From: Bugula neritina
Taxonomy: Eukaryota > Animalia > Bryozoa
Reading direction: 5' to 3'
Length of the DNA: 64,000 bases
Assembly (NCBI GenBank): GCA_964035545.1
Contig: OZ037769.1
Coordinates: 15,282,633-15,346,632 of the forward strand
In this document: piece by piece, positions 15,085-30,300 of the stretch
Position numbering within the stretch: the stretch's first letter is position 1
Layout of the letters: each line of letters opens with the position of its first letter
The notes under the pieces: generated by a model
Told to the model about the DNA's origin: nothing
What the model saw: only the letters and a program-made list of their open reading frames with translations
Databases searched by the model: none
Program-made: the position numbers and the translations under genes

Positions 15085-17056
15085 ATGTCAAGATACTGTA
15101 GTATATTCGTAGCTCTCCTGGTGGTTGCTGTGAGCACTTCTCTAGCTGAAAGAGTCTGTACATCAGATCAATGGGAAGCAGACGTTGTTGGTAAGATTGC
15201 ACAAACCATACAAGGACAGTTTACAGTTCTGGATGTGGTTGGAAAGGCAGCTGCTGACTACACAAATGGCATGACAGCATTTTTACAAAGTGTGTACATG
15301 AATGGCCAGTTTATCCACAAGTACCTCTACTTAAGCACTCAGGTAATGAAAACTCCGGTTGCTTATTTTTTGTTTATGATCAGAAATGGTTATAATATAT
15401 TTTAAGAAGTACGATTTCTTTCTAAAGAACAATATTTTTTTTCAAATTAAGCAATGCTATGCACAAAAATGGCTGAGTATTGATTATTATAATTTAGCAC
15501 ACCTTAAGAATTTACGGATATTAACATGATTAAAGGCATGTTTGCACATCTGTTATTTTTCAAATGTAAAATTACTTGATTTTATACATGAGTTTAAGAT
15601 AACACAGTTGTGCAATATAAAGCTTGAGTTTAAAATAAAATTGCTTAAAATTTGTAAAAAGCTATTCTAATAAAACTATAAATATTTTTTCAGAAGACAT
15701 TCATACAACTGTTCAAAACTTTACCGTGTTGTAACTCTGAACCTAACTATAATTTAGACAGACAGTACTTTAGAGTTATTCTATATTCATTTGTTATGTA
15801 ATAATAGCTAAAATCTACACGGATCTCATTGTGTAGCATCTATAAGTTAAGTAACCACTTGTTTATAAGTTGCAAAAACAAAAACTAATAGCTTAAAAAA
15901 AAATAGTGTTCATGAAATATTTTAATATCAGCCTGTAAAGGACTAAAAATGACTTGATCACATGAAAGAAAACATTGAGGTTTTGTAATATTTTGTTATT
16001 TTTGTGCAGTCAGAAACATATGTGGCAGATGTGGAAGGTGAGACATGCCAGAAGGTGCTGCCACTTAGAGTAGATCAGCCTTGTTCTGACAGCGGTAAGT
16101 TACTAACCAATCAAATTAGGTCTTACAGCTTCTATATACATCTGACAACAACTGCATGAGAGTTACTGTAGACTAATCTTTATATACTTCCTTCTCTACT
16201 ATAACTTAGTGTTACTGAAGTATCAAACTATTATGCGTTCAACTATTTCAGTTTTCTCTTTTATTTAAAATGATTTAGTTTTTATTCTGCGTGATTAAAA
16301 ATTTTATAGACTGGCTCACTTATCGCACCTCCTGGTCGATTGGGGGGTCTCACTGGACCGACACCTACCGGTATAGCAATGGAACTAGCTTGACTACGGA
16401 TGTCACTGTACTTAGAGACGATTTCTCTATCGTCTCTGAGAGCATAGAGCAAGTAGCTGAAAATGGTAAGCAAAATATGAAGCATAAATGAGTGCAAAGC
16501 CTCCAATGGCACATCATCTTCACAGCGTTGCAGCACAAAACTAGCGCACATGGTGTAAAAAGTGGTATTAAAGCTATCTATTTATATAAATGTCCCACAA
16601 CGTTTCCAACAGTTCCAATTTTGTTGTAAGTTTTCAAAAATTAACATTGTATATCATGCTTATTATACTGACCATTCTACATAGCAAAGACATGTGCAAG
16701 TTTAAATAGTGTCTGGCATTTTCAAAATACCTGGCTCCATCATTTGAAGTCATTTGCTGAAGCCCGGTCTTATACTCGTTTCAATTATGTAATCATTAGC
16801 TTTCACTATTGCTTATAATCATTATTCATTGGCCTGAGATTCTTGAGGGTTTCATGCACCAATGCGGTTTCACACTTATATACAGCTGCTAGAAGTTACC
16901 TATCATTATTTCTTTCAATACACTAACTTGTCTGGAGTGATTGACATTTGATTATATTTTGTAGTTCATCAGCTTCTTACACTTCAATACGGAAACACCA
17001 CCGTAGGAATCACTGATTCAAGTATCTTCAACATACCAAGTTACTGTGAGATGTAA
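15085..17056 (+). CDS. Ependymin-related secreted protein, copy 3 (4 exons, ~196 aa)
   Basis: Exons 15085-15342, 16010-16094, 16310-16465 and 16965-17056 in frame. Signal peptide, CTSDQWE, ADY, CQK...QPCSDS, GITDSSIFNIPSYC. Confidence 0.85.
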
Positions 17057-17960
17057 ATGTTAGGCTGCACATGACCAAATGATTTCTCCTATACTTCTGT
17101 ATGCACCAACTTTTACAAGACGAGTTTAATGCAACACTATTTAGAGTTGCCTTCTTCTTTTCATTTATTTAGTTCAAGGACATTTTGAAACTTGTTATTT
17201 ATGTAAATCCTTGGAGAACTTGTATTTCAATTTGCTCTAATTTAACATGAAATATGATGCCGAAATGTTTATGTTTTGTCTGTACTGTAAAACAGTTTCA
17301 TCTGCTGCTGTCTAAATAGTGAGAAGAGTAAGTAACTCCAAATGTGTTTTATACTATGTAATACTAAACAATAGCTTTTATAATACTCAAGTCATTTCTT
17401 CTATTTTTATTATACTCAAAGTTGTCTTCTATCTAATATTTGTTTCATTATCATTAGCATAATATGAACTTATAAATATGTTATTATAGGAAGCTTTAAT
17501 TTCTAGTTGTTTATTTGTGTCTTCTATGCATTAAAACTGTTTTGATAGTTTGTGTTATAATATCTACCAAACTTGTTGTTATAATAAAATACTATCAGGA
17601 CAAAACTCAACCTGTATATAGTTGTTTCACCACCAACTTGCCTCGATCACACCTTGCTAACTTGCCAAAATGTGCATCTTAAAATGGGGAGATTTGTTTA
17701 TTAAGATAGAAAATTTCCAAATCATTGCATGCTTTATTATGCATCTAATTTACTCATTTTCTGCCAGTCTTGTAACGAATAATGTACAACATGTTGCAGT
17801 TGTTGGTGCAAATAGCTAATATCTATTGGCAACCAATAAAATAGCTCTGCTGACTAAATTTATTTAATTAGCTGTCAAAGCTGGTTATAGAGCAATTATA
17901 AACTTTATACTTGTCTAATTATTTTTTGTTGCTAGCTTAACCATCTTATATAATGTGGAC

Positions 17961-18001
<41 letters not shown>

Positions 18002-18013
18002 CCTATACATATA

Positions 18014-18955
18014 TGTGATGGCTCCCGTCAGTTTTGGTCTCTTGGCATTATTCGCTATTGTTAGTTATAAAGGGTTTTATCTATAGTTGTCATAAATAGG
18101 TCAATTTTAGCTTTTAGTGTGCAATAGTCAATTAACATGTGCTCTTTCCAGCTGTCCAATCAGTTTTGTGATATCTGTTATGGTTTATGAATGATTGGTG
18201 TTTTAATGAGCCTTTCCATGGTTGGCAAGCTGGTCACGTGATTAGAGCATAATAGCGCGACCTTTAACAATAGTTAAAATAGCGGCGTAGTGTAGAGCGC
18301 AACGTAGTTAAGTATAATTTGACTGAGAATTGTTACTAATAATAAACATGGCGACTGGATCGCGCAGCAAGTTAATAGATAATTCAGATATTGACAATTT
18401 AAAAGAATGTTTCTACATTGAAAATTAAGGACAAGGACTGAAGAGTAGTGGTGATAATAATAATGATGAACTTAGTGACAACAGTGATACAAAAGAGTTA
18501 GATTTTATTATGAAACCACGGTGGCATTATAGTAATAATCTCTCAGGATAATCATCAAAATGTTCTCATTATACTGAACTCAACTCTGAAATATTGATTA
18601 AGATATTGCAGATATAAATTTTAGATTAATATTTTCATGATCAGCATAAAAAACCACCCCTAGTAATTAACTTTTGGGCTGATGGAGCTAATTCAAGACA
18701 CTGTTGCTAGGTAGATAAACAACGAATTTAGTACAATTTTGAGTCGCCGAACTTTGACTGTTAATTACTCGCAATAATAAAAGTCGTTTGTTGTGGACCG
18801 CTGTGTGTATAACCTGGCATATTTCTGGTTCTATGTGACTGATTTGAAAAATTTAAAGTGCAATGTGATCACAAAGTCTTACTCTATTCATCCACATCAA
18901 AAAGTAAAAATCTTGGATGACCCCCAAGAGACCAAAAATGACAGCAGCCATCACA
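18014..18955. mobile_element. Non-autonomous DNA transposon with TGT...ACA termini in (TA)n (Ginger-like, tentative)
   Basis: ~32-bp imperfect TIRs tgtgatggctcccgtcagttttggtctcttgg / ccaagagaccaaaaatgacagcagccatcaca, with TATA on both flanks. Contains a decayed internal ATG-initiated acidic ORF (~18348). Confidence 0.7.
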
Positions 18956-19096
<141 letters not shown>

Positions 19097-22045
19097 GGCG
19101 ATGTGGCCAAGTAGTATCTAATTCGTGTGTACAACATAGGATTTTCAACTTTCACTGCCATGAAATAATAAATAATATTGCTGATGAACTGATAGATGTA
19201 CACATTATGCAATATTGCATAAAGCAAGAATGGAGTCATATGAAGTTATTCATTGTGCACTCATACGATCAGATTTTCATAAAATTACACTCCAATAATT
19301 CAAGGATTCGAACTCCAAAGTTTACAATAATTGACATATTTCTATGACAAGAAAGTTAACTTAGAGTTATAGGAACTAATAATTTCACAAAAGTTGTCAT
19401 ATTTTGGGACAAAAAAATGTATAAAGTGATATCCTTCTTAACCCCAATGCCTCAACTTCTCTGTTAGTGTGAAGTAACACTGAAATTGTATATGCATAGA
19501 AAAGCCTTTTTGTTGTCACTTTCAAGCACTGGTGCTCTCGAACTAGGCTCTTGCAAGGTATCACTTTTGCAGGAGTTGCTAAGTGCAGGCAACTTCTAAT
19601 GATCAACAAATACAAATCCACCCATGCTTCTAATCTATGATAATTATATGGAATAAATCTACATAATATATTGCAAAGCTAGCAAATGCCAAGTTATAGT
19701 CAACTCCCTAAGAAATAGCTAACTTTATATAAATATTACTGTATAATATTACTTTCTAAAACAGGCTACCTTGGATGGTGTTCAAGAGCCAATTTTTAAG
19801 AAAAGGTGCTTTGTGATATTTGTTTTTTATTTTTGAAGATTGAATTTTAGGCTTTTACATCAATTTGCATGAGGTTTAATAATTAGTTATAGATCAAGGT
19901 ATATTTATAGCTAATAATCACTATGATCTTCATGTATGAATATACTCTTTTTAATGCACAGGTCAATTTAACTTTTAAAATATTCAAGGTAAAAATTAGA
20001 AAATGTTTGTTAGCTAAATAATTAATGGTAACTAGTTGCAATAATATGCGAAGGCAGTTGTACATCCTCTGAGACAAGACAAGGGGTGCAAGCTGGGCTG
20101 CTATAATATGTTTAAAAAAGTATAGCAGTACATATGTTATCTATATATACAACTCTTTAGTGCAGAGAACATGCATATATAAGAGAGAATAGAAACAAAA
20201 AGGTTATTGCGACGTAATGGTATTTGTAATGGTTAGGGTATATTGTAAAACACTTTTTATAGTTATGCAGGTTGCATGATTAGGTGGAGACAACTCAAAA
20301 CATTTTAGTTAAGTTCTCCATTTTGAAAAGCATAATTATATAGAACTATATTTCTACTGCACACGCTTGCTACAAACTAAGCTAAAATATTAGCTGCATA
20401 CAAAGTATAAATAAAAAGAGGAATAAATGTTTTAACTTTATACTAATTATTCAATTATATAGTAATGGATTATATTGACCAGTACTCAGGGTGTTATATA
20501 GTGATGAATATGCAAAACATTGGACAATTACATACATATCTAAATTAGGTATCAAAATCAGTATCATATAGGATGATTAATAGAGATACAGGTAAACTTC
20601 AGCTAAACAATATAGCCTATTGCAAGTATTCTTATTTTATTGGTGTTAGTTATCTTTCATTTGCAGCTTACATTGTGCGGTCATTGTATAAATTGACCAA
20701 TTAGGCAAAAAAAATTTAGTCGGAATAATTGAATTGGGTTGCCTCCCCTTTCTCAGTGCAGAAGACTTGCAATAATCTATATATGTCCATAAGACATGTG
20801 TCATGTAAAAAAGTATAACATTTTTTAGTCTGTTTTCAATATAAGTGTTAGGACTGTCATTATGTAGCATTACTATAATATCTGTCTAATACCTTATTAT
20901 TTTATACTCAATGATTACTATTAAAAGAGCATTGCATTTATAAGTGCAAATAAGAAAATGTTTTCTGCTTCACATAATTAATCACTCACTATTCCCTCAC
21001 ATGATACATGTGCAATCACTCTAAAAAAATTTGCAAAAACTCTTTTGTTAATAAACAAAGCAGTTATTTTGTCAGGCTTGTTGGGGAAACATAAGTAACA
21101 GGTGGAGTGCATGTGTACTTATTTTAATAAATAATTTGTATTTAGTACGATATATATTTTACAGTCACTTGTATATAGTTATATAATAATTACTCATGTT
21201 TCACATCAATGTATCTTTTTATGTGTGACTTTCATGAAAATTTTTATATGCAAATCGCTGTTAAAGCTGTGAAGTTAATAGCAAAACCAAATGTAATTAG
21301 GTGAGCCTTTTCTAGCCATTACTGTTTTTTGTCAACTTATGCATTTCTATTTTGAAATGCTAGTGTCTTAAAGAGTCCCAATATATAGTCTAGGGTTTTG
21401 CCAAACTATTTTTAGGAATAAGTGTTATCTTGTTGTAATTAAATCAATAATATAAATCGTAAAAAGTTGTGAAAGTTCAAAGTGATCGAGTTTCTAATCA
21501 CCTCATTCACTATTAACCATCATACAAATGTGTCTTGCGTAATGTAATAATTTGAGGAAAACAAATGAATTGAAATTGTCACATTGAAAAACGTGCATTT
21601 ACTCAAATGATGTCTTAGACAGTATTTATGCAATTTTTTATAATAGTTTATAATTCGACTTCTTATTTTATAACAGTTTATAATTCGACTTCTTATTTAT
21701 ATAATGATCAATAATGAGTGCTAATCATGTGATATACAGTCACAGTAGAAAACTTTGTGGTATAATTACTTTGTCGAGAAACAAAGTCAAAATAATCTTT
21801 AGATAAATAATCTGTTGCAATTTTTTAATCTTCAGACATAGTCACAAGATCTAAAATAATTACAGCTTAAATAGAATAAACGATGATTGTGCACTAACTG
21901 TCATGACCTGTTTGAATGTTTATAGACCATGTAACCGGTGCATGCATGGCCCCAAGGCGAAATATTTATATTATATAAGCTGCCTTTTGTATTCTGTTAA
22001 CATCATTCATTCACAAGAACCTTCAAGTATACATTCACTCTCAAC

Positions 22046-23658
22046 ATGTCAAGATACTGTAGTATATTCGTAGCTCTGCTGGTGGTTGCTGTCAGCACTT
22101 CTCTAGCTGAAAGAATGTGTATGCCAGAGCAGTGGGAAGCAGATGTCGTTGATAAGATTGCTCACGTGGCGGATGGGCAGTTCCTTAATCTGGATGTGGT
22201 TGGAAAAGCAGCAGCTGACTATAGCAGAGGCATGACAGCGCTGCTACAAAGTGTGTCTTCTGAGGGTAGATTTATTGGCAAATATCTCTTCCTGAGCTTA
22301 CAGGTAATGGGAACTCTATTTTCTTGTTTGAATGTTTGTTATTTTGTTGTTAAATTCATAAGAATACAATATATATATGAAAGTCTTGTTGTCAAAAACT
22401 ATTATGCCCAGCGGCTAATTGGAATAATATTTTATATCAGCTTGTTTCATAAACATGCATTATAGCTGCAATTGTTTAGCTTTGAAAACAAAGATCAAGA
22501 CTGTAAACGCTGTTATAATCTTAATTTCAAAAAAATGCAAGACTGGAAAAAAACTTTTTTTTCAAAAGGAAGAGTTTGATCTAATCAATTTCAATTTATT
22601 TTATTTACTTGTTAATTTCTGTTGTAGTCAAAATCATATGTAGTGGACCTGGAAGGCAAGACTTGCCATTTGCTGCCAGCAGTCACAGTTGAGCAGCCTT
22701 GTTCTGACAGCCGTAAGTTATAAGTTTCACAATCAGATTAAAGGATACATTTCATTCTCTTCCCAACAATATATACTGAGTGCTTACTATAGAGCACTAA
22801 ATTAAATCTGAAATTATAATATCATATCAAACAGCTCATATAATATTGCATATTATAGCAGAGTTCCAGTATGACAGTTATTCAAGAGTAATCATGCACA
22901 ACCTTGAATAATTTTGCTATTGAATTTACTATTAGAGTTACTATTAGAGTTGCTATTAGAGTTGCCGCAAGTGCTATAATAATATGTGTAACTATTATAT
23001 GTATTTTAAATATAATTTAGTGATTTTCTTTAGCAAAACTATTTAACTTTCATTCTGTGTGAATGAACCTTTTAGCCTGGCTCAGATATCTCAACTCCTG
23101 GTCAATTGGAGGGTTACTCTGGGCAGACACCTATCATTATGACACTGGATCCAGTCTAATAACAGAAATCACTGTGTTGAGAGATACTTTCTCCATCATC
23201 TCTGAGAATATTGAGCAAGCAATAGAAGGGGGTGAGTCAGAAATACTATTCAGTTTATACACATGCTTTCTAAAACTTAATTTATTGTATTTCATTAGTT
23301 GCACTCTTTTACTTGATTAAAAGATAGGTTGTCTGGCCACCATCTTTAATTTGGAATTATAATACAAACCTACATCTTCAAAGATTTGGTCCATGGAATC
23401 AAGAAATAGCCTATAGTCTATTTGTGAACATGAATTTTTAAAAATCCTTTATGATTACATAATAGGCAGTTTAAAATTTGGTTATAATCTGTACTCCTTC
23501 AGTTTTACTGAGCAATTAATATTTATTTAACTTTTGTAGTACCGCAGTTGGCATCATTGAGATATGGAAACATGACTGCAGAAATTACAGACTTGAGTAT
23601 TTTTGAAATACCACGCTACTGCAACAATGGTGACCCTGCCCTTACTAACACAAGGTAA
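22046..23658 (+). CDS. Ependymin-related secreted protein, copy 4 (4 exons, ~205 aa, C-terminally extended)
   Basis: Exons 22046-22303, 22628-22712, 23076-23231 and 23540-23658. Motifs CMPEQWE, ADY, QPCSDS, ending EITDLSIFEIPRYCNNGDPALTNTR*. Confidence 0.83.
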
Positions 23659-24361
23659 AATATTGATGATTTTGCAGAGTTGACCTGGTCCGCCCGTTCA
23701 ATTGAATAGATGAGTAATGACAACAACTGAACTTTGATATTAAAAGCATTATCTTCATTTATTACATAATTTATGATTCCTATAAATGTCTTAAAAGTTT
23801 GCAAATTATTAATCTTTTTCTTTTTCATTTAAAAGAGCATAATGTTATAACAAAATATCAGTTTGAAAAAAATAAACTTAGTCTTCGCAATAAGATCTCA
23901 TCTCTTTTTGCTTTCTTACACAACATCAGGATTGAGTGTTAGTTATTCTCAAATGATATCACAAAATTATATGACTATATCGTCACAGATTCCTTTGAAT
24001 GTCTTCGAATAAACTTCACATGTATAAATGTCATTTCTGAATATATGTTTTTTCCTCTGCTAACTGTCAATTTACACCAATGAACAAGATATCCTGTTTA
24101 TACGAGATCCAAATGTATTTACACTGCATTACTGTTGGTAATAAAACATAAGCAGATTTCAACAGAATATCTCAACTCTTTTTCACTAAATTATGCCAGA
24201 TCTTCTTCATGTTCACTTTATTAGTATTTTTTATTTTAAAGTGTTATAAGAATATCAAGATATTAAAAGCATAAAAAACCTACAACAGATAGAATACGCT
24301 ATATTAAAGTTATATGTAATACATTATAACGAATATTGCACAAAATATTAATTTTTAAGAA

Positions 24362-27300
24362 TTATCCCCTCTTTCTTGCAGTTAGTACAGCTATAGCCAG
24401 CATAGCCATGGCTCCTAAAACTCTACAACTACCCACAAATATGAGCCCGTACTTCTCTTCTGTGTGTTCGGCTATGTAAGCTGCAATTATAGAGTCACAG
24501 TGATTTAATTTTTAAGGCAGAACTGTTTATGGTTACATTTCTATAGAGTTTTTCAAAAACAAATGTATAACTATAAACTATGAAAGAAATGTACATAATA
24601 CTTCAAAAAGACTAAGTTTTTTAACTCGTGACTTACCAGCAACAGGGATTAGAGCAAGACCTCCCAAACCTTCTGAAAAACACTCTATACCAAATAGCAG
24701 CGGAAGTTGATTAGCTGAACATAAGTCACTAACAACTGCTAGAATAGTGGTGACAGCAAATCCTATTCCTAAGCCGTAGAGTGAAGTTGAAGTGTAATAG
24801 ATTGCCTGCAGCAACAATATCTCTACAGTTTTAATTTATATGGTAGAATATGGAAAATGCACCTCTCTCATTCAAATCATAGAATATTTATTATCAGTGG
24901 TTAAAAAAAACCCAGAAATAATTGAAAGTTGAAAGTGACAGGTAAAAATAAATTATATTGTTATTATAGTAACTATTCATTACATGCAGTTAGGAAATTA
25001 ACTAAATCTAGATTCAATGTTAGCTGTTGTTTGTATACCTTTAAAAATGAGTTCTGTCAAAAATATCCAAATGTTTAACTGTACAATATAACTCAAAATA
25101 TGTTTAGTAATTCACTTTGATAATTGATAGAAAGTCTCGGGAAAAATTTTTATCCAATTTCACTCAATTTAAAAATAAACTTTAAACTTTTTGGATTAAA
25201 ACAGAAAAAGATAATTTTTAATTTTGATTGTTTTCAAAGTTAAAATATATCTTAGAAGAAGTTGTCTCACCTTGGTAGTTGCGAATGGTGCAATAAATAT
25301 TCCAATACACGTCAGCGAGACAGCACTCATGTAGAGAATGAATCGGTTTAGTTTGAGAGAACCGGTGAGAGCTAAAGTAATGCAGGCTACTATGTTGCCA
25401 ATTCCTATAAAATAAGTCATAACATGATGATGCTGCATGAATATACCAATTATGTGTGGACTTTTAGCAGATTGATATAACTTATAATTCTCATCCACAC
25501 AAATAATCTTTTTTATTATATAACAGTCATTATTAAAAAATACAAAGCCATATAATTTGATTCAAACATCGTGGGTATATATAAAGCATTTCTTTTTGTG
25601 AAACTTTGCAGAGAACATGCAAACTAGAATTATCAACAAAAGTTGCTTTGGCATCTATATAGAATTCAAGATGCAATAACATTCATATGCCCATTGAAAT
25701 CTAAACTGCATGAGCACAGGCTTTTATAAAGAAAGGTTACAATTATAATTTACAATTCTGAAACTAGAAAAACACCCTTTTTGTTCATTTCTTAAACTTT
25801 TGGAAGCACACTTTGAATTGTTAAATATTTGTAAATGTTCAGTGACATGGTTGTTTTAATAAAAGCAGCTAAATATATTTTCTCAAGCATTTTGCATTTC
25901 ATTAACTTATTGAATTTAATAAACTAATTATAACACTCTTGGCTATACATAATTTTACCTGCTATAGTTATTCCTAGGGCAGCCTCTAGCTCGGTGAGAT
26001 CAGTATTGTTAACAATATAATCATTAATCAGAACGACATAACCAGAGCCAGCCGCATTCCAGAATATTCCACTAACTACCAACAGCCAGACCTGTAAAAG
26101 AGTACCAATTTTTATATTTGTTTTTATGCTTTGCTCTTATATTTTATACTTTTATGATGAGTGTAATTATGACTTAGCATATATTGCAGTGGTTTGTAGA
26201 ATATTACGTTTATTTTACCACAAAACGTTTTGTACAACATGACTGAAAGCATGTTAAACTTTTAAGATTTTGTTGAAATTATATCTGAATTGTTGCATGC
26301 TTATTTTCTACATTTTATATAACTTAAATTTACATGACGCATCTGGTGTGTAAATAAGCTATAGTCTGAGCTGATTTATGCACAATTGACTTACCTCTGG
26401 TGATTTAAATAAAATCGCAAACTCTTGACGCAGAGTTGTTGCATTCTCCTTGATATTTACTTCTGGTGTTTCTGCTACATCTGCGTCTTCAACCTTTGAT
26501 TCTTCAACAGACTGTGGTTCATCAATCTACATCACAATAGTTAGTGTGCTGATGGGGGCAGGTTTCCATCTGAGAGTTACCTTTTCTTTTAGCAAAATAC
26601 CACATGTTTTTTAAATTACCAGCAGGGATAACTAGCTCTATTAGGTATATATGTTGTTCACTTATACTGCTTCACAAATTGTCCACTGCTGTCAAATATT
26701 TAATTGGTATATTAACTTTGTAAAATTTTAGCAAAAAAAATTATTATATTATATTGTTATATGATTCAATGTTTATTAGTCTGCTATTTGTACAAGTAGT
26801 TTCACCTCACTAAACTCTGCAGCTTTATTGTCAACACCCTCATCTGTATCTCTGTCAGCTGAAACTTCAGCTTTTCTTTCCGATTCCTTTGACAGTTTCA
26901 AGTTGTTTTCTGAAAGTGTTTCTGTAATCACATGCAATAAATCTGGTTTATATAAGTCAGAAAATGATGTTAATCAAAGAGCAGCAAATAAAGGGTTTAT
27001 TTGATTACAGCTCTTGAAGTAAAGAATTTACCTCAATACACTGTTCCGTATTAAAGCCTATCTTATTATAGAACTAAGATGTGCATATTTTGCTATTATG
27101 CTAAAAATTATTATAGTCAAATAATCATTTAAACATTCAAATTCATTTATAGCCTCTATAACATGTGGACCAGCAAAATTTCTTATGTTTTTAAATTGAT
27201 TATGTTAAAGCTTCTTTCATTATCTTATAACTGCTTGTATTTATGGGCATAAGCTTGCATGTAAATTATTAGCGTTATTAGTATTAAGCTTTGTGAACAT

Positions 27301-30300
27301 TACTGAGTATTTGCTTCTCGAGTCCCAGGCAAGGTAAAGCAACTCCTAAATCTTTGTTTTTCAAACTTTTTCAGGCATTTTGTCTAGTTAAAGTTAGTGC
27401 TACGTTTGCCTTCATGACATTATAGACATTCCTTATAATAGAGCATGTTATACTCTCATTGCTTAAACATTTTAAAATTAAGATTTAGCAAATATATAAC
27501 CTTTGTACCACCTGAGCTTTTTTCCTCCGATTGAGGATCCACGAAAGATATTCCTGCAATCAAATGGAGTATACTGAATGCTGACATAATCCCCATGGCA
27601 ACGGAGTAACCAAATTTACTCAGCAAGTATTGTGAAATCAGTGGCCATGTTACCACGCCAATATAACCTCCCAGCATTGCCACAGAGAAAGCTATATACT
27701 TGAATCGGTCAAAATAAAGTATTAGAATAGAGGAGCTAGCCGAGTAAGTACAGGAAATTCCTACACCTACAACAGAGTATAATAGTTATAATTAACTTTA
27801 GTCATCAGTTTAATGAGTTGTCTTATTAATGCAGGTCTGCTGAGAAGTTTAGTCACTGCTATAAGATCAGGAGAAGTGTAGAGAACAGCACCAGGACCTG
27901 TACATGGCCTTCATCGATCTGACAAAAGCTTTCGATACTGTAGATAGAACATCTCTCTGGACCATACTTGGAAAGATTGGATGTCCCCTGAAGTTTGTGA
28001 CAATGGTCCGTCTCCTCCATGATCAGATTGAAGCATCTGTCCTAGTCGATGGCCAAAAATCAGAATCTTTCAGGGTGCAAACTGGTGTAAAACAGGGCTG
28101 TGTTATAGCTCCAACGCTGTTCTCCATCTACTTGTTTGCTGTGCTGTACCTTGTGAAACAAGAACTTCCTACAGGCATCAGACTAAACTATCGTACCGGG
28201 GACCTGTTTAACCTGCAAAGACTGCGCGCCAAGACACTAATATCAGAGACATCAGTCCTTGAGTTGCAGTATGCTGATGATAATGCTCTAGTGGCGGATT
28301 CTGAAGAACATCTTCAAGCTGCCATGACTGCATTCGAGAATAAGGCTTACAACTCTCTCGGACTGAAGCTAAATGCAAAGAAGACACAAGTTATCTGCCA
28401 ACCAAAACCAGGAAAAATTGTTGACCCTCCCACTATTGTTGCTGGGGGTGAAACATTGTGCCCTGTTGACGATTTTGTGTACTTAGGAAGCAACCTGTCA
28501 TCAAAGGCGGATCTGGGGAAAGAAATAGACAGACGGCTTCAAACTGCTAGTATTGCTTACAGCAAGCTGAGGCAGAGAGTCTTTGACAACTCTAACCTGC
28601 AGGTAACCACAAAGCTGAAAGTGTACAAGGCTGTCATCATACCAACACTTCTGTATGCATCTGAGACATGGGCTGCCTACGGTACTGACATAAAAAAGCT
28701 AGAAAATTATCACATGAGGAAATTGCGAGGAATACTGGACATCAAATGGACTGACAAGCGCACTAATAACAGCGTATACCAACAAACAAAGATTCCAAGC
28801 TTTGAAAGCCTCTTCATCAAACACAGACTTCGTTGGTCGGGACATGTAGTGAGAATGAAAGGACACAGACTTCCTAAACAGATCCTTTATGGGAAGCTAC
28901 AAATAGGTAAAAGATTGCAAGGAGGACAGAGGAAGCGCTTTAAAGACTGTCTCAAAGACAGTATGAAGCGCTCTCACATCAGAACAGAGACCTGGGAATG
29001 GAATGCCGCAAGGAGGACCAGATGGAGATCTATGGTTCATAAAGGCATGCAAATCTTTGAAGAAGAAGGAATGCGACACAGAGACGAACTTAGAGCTGGC
29101 CGCAAGAAGGCTTAGCTCAACAGACACACCGAGTGATGACCTTAAATGCTTCCGCTGTGACCGCATATGCAGATCACTGATAGGACTCAGAAGTCATCAA
29201 GCTACTCACAAACAGCTGTAGGCAGACATCATACTCTACCTAGAGGGATAGCAAAGAGAGAGAGAGAGAGAGACTGCAGTCAGTATATTTATAGAACGAT
29301 TATTATGGCATTATATATAGTAACAATGATAAGACTTTTCTCAAGCTTTTCAAATGATTGTAATAATTATGAGATATTAGCTGTCACCATAAAGTACCTG
29401 CAAGAACACTGTACAGAATGACAGCATGCCACAGCTGTCTAGATAAAGCTGAGAGAGCAATACCAACCAGGATACAGGCTCCTCCAAATATCTGTGTAGC
29501 TCTGCAACCAAACTTTTTTATCAACACAGAAGCTATAGGACCTGTACAAATTACAAGAGAGAAAGCTATGTTTATCTAATCATTGGCAATTTGCAAGCTT
29601 TTTCAGAAAACTATCTACATACTATAACAACCTGTATTTACTCTAACTGTTTTATTTCGCCTTCCAATTGCACCTTAAAAAAGTCAGATTTAAAAGAAAA
29701 CATATTATTGTTCAAATTCAATTAATTATTGGCTCTTTTTGAACAGTAATTAATTTAAGCTGCTCATAAACTACATTTCCATTATATATTGAATGCATTT
29801 TTCCTTTTCCTAATGGAAACATGCAGTTGCACTCAAGGAAACCACAACCTCGTAAGTTATGCAAACCACAACTACAAATCTACAAATCCATAAACTGGCA
29901 CTTATGAAAATGCAGCAGCGTTAAGTAATAGTTAAAAAGTGGATTGGTTGATCTAACTATTCCCAAAGAGATCTTTCGGTATATATTAAGTATGACACTT
30001 GTGAATTAGTATGCAAACTATGTATACATAACGTTATTATACAGTCCAAAGTTGAATGACACCCATCAACAGTTATATATAGCTCAATTTTGTCAAGTGT
30101 TTACTCTGTCATCCAAAGATTTATTGCTATGAATTTTTTACAAAATATAAAAGCTTTCAAGTACCTATAATAACAAATATTATCAGAAAAAGCCTGAAGA
30201 CATGAATAACTTCTATACATATGTGCATGGTTGTTTGTGTGTGCGATATATACATGAGTAATTGTGAAATAACAAACTCACCAAACCCCAGAAGCAATCC

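Noticed and set aside
21922-21934. atagaccatgtaa matching the ISL2EU-like terminus
   Set aside because: Only 13 bp with no partner end; could be chance.
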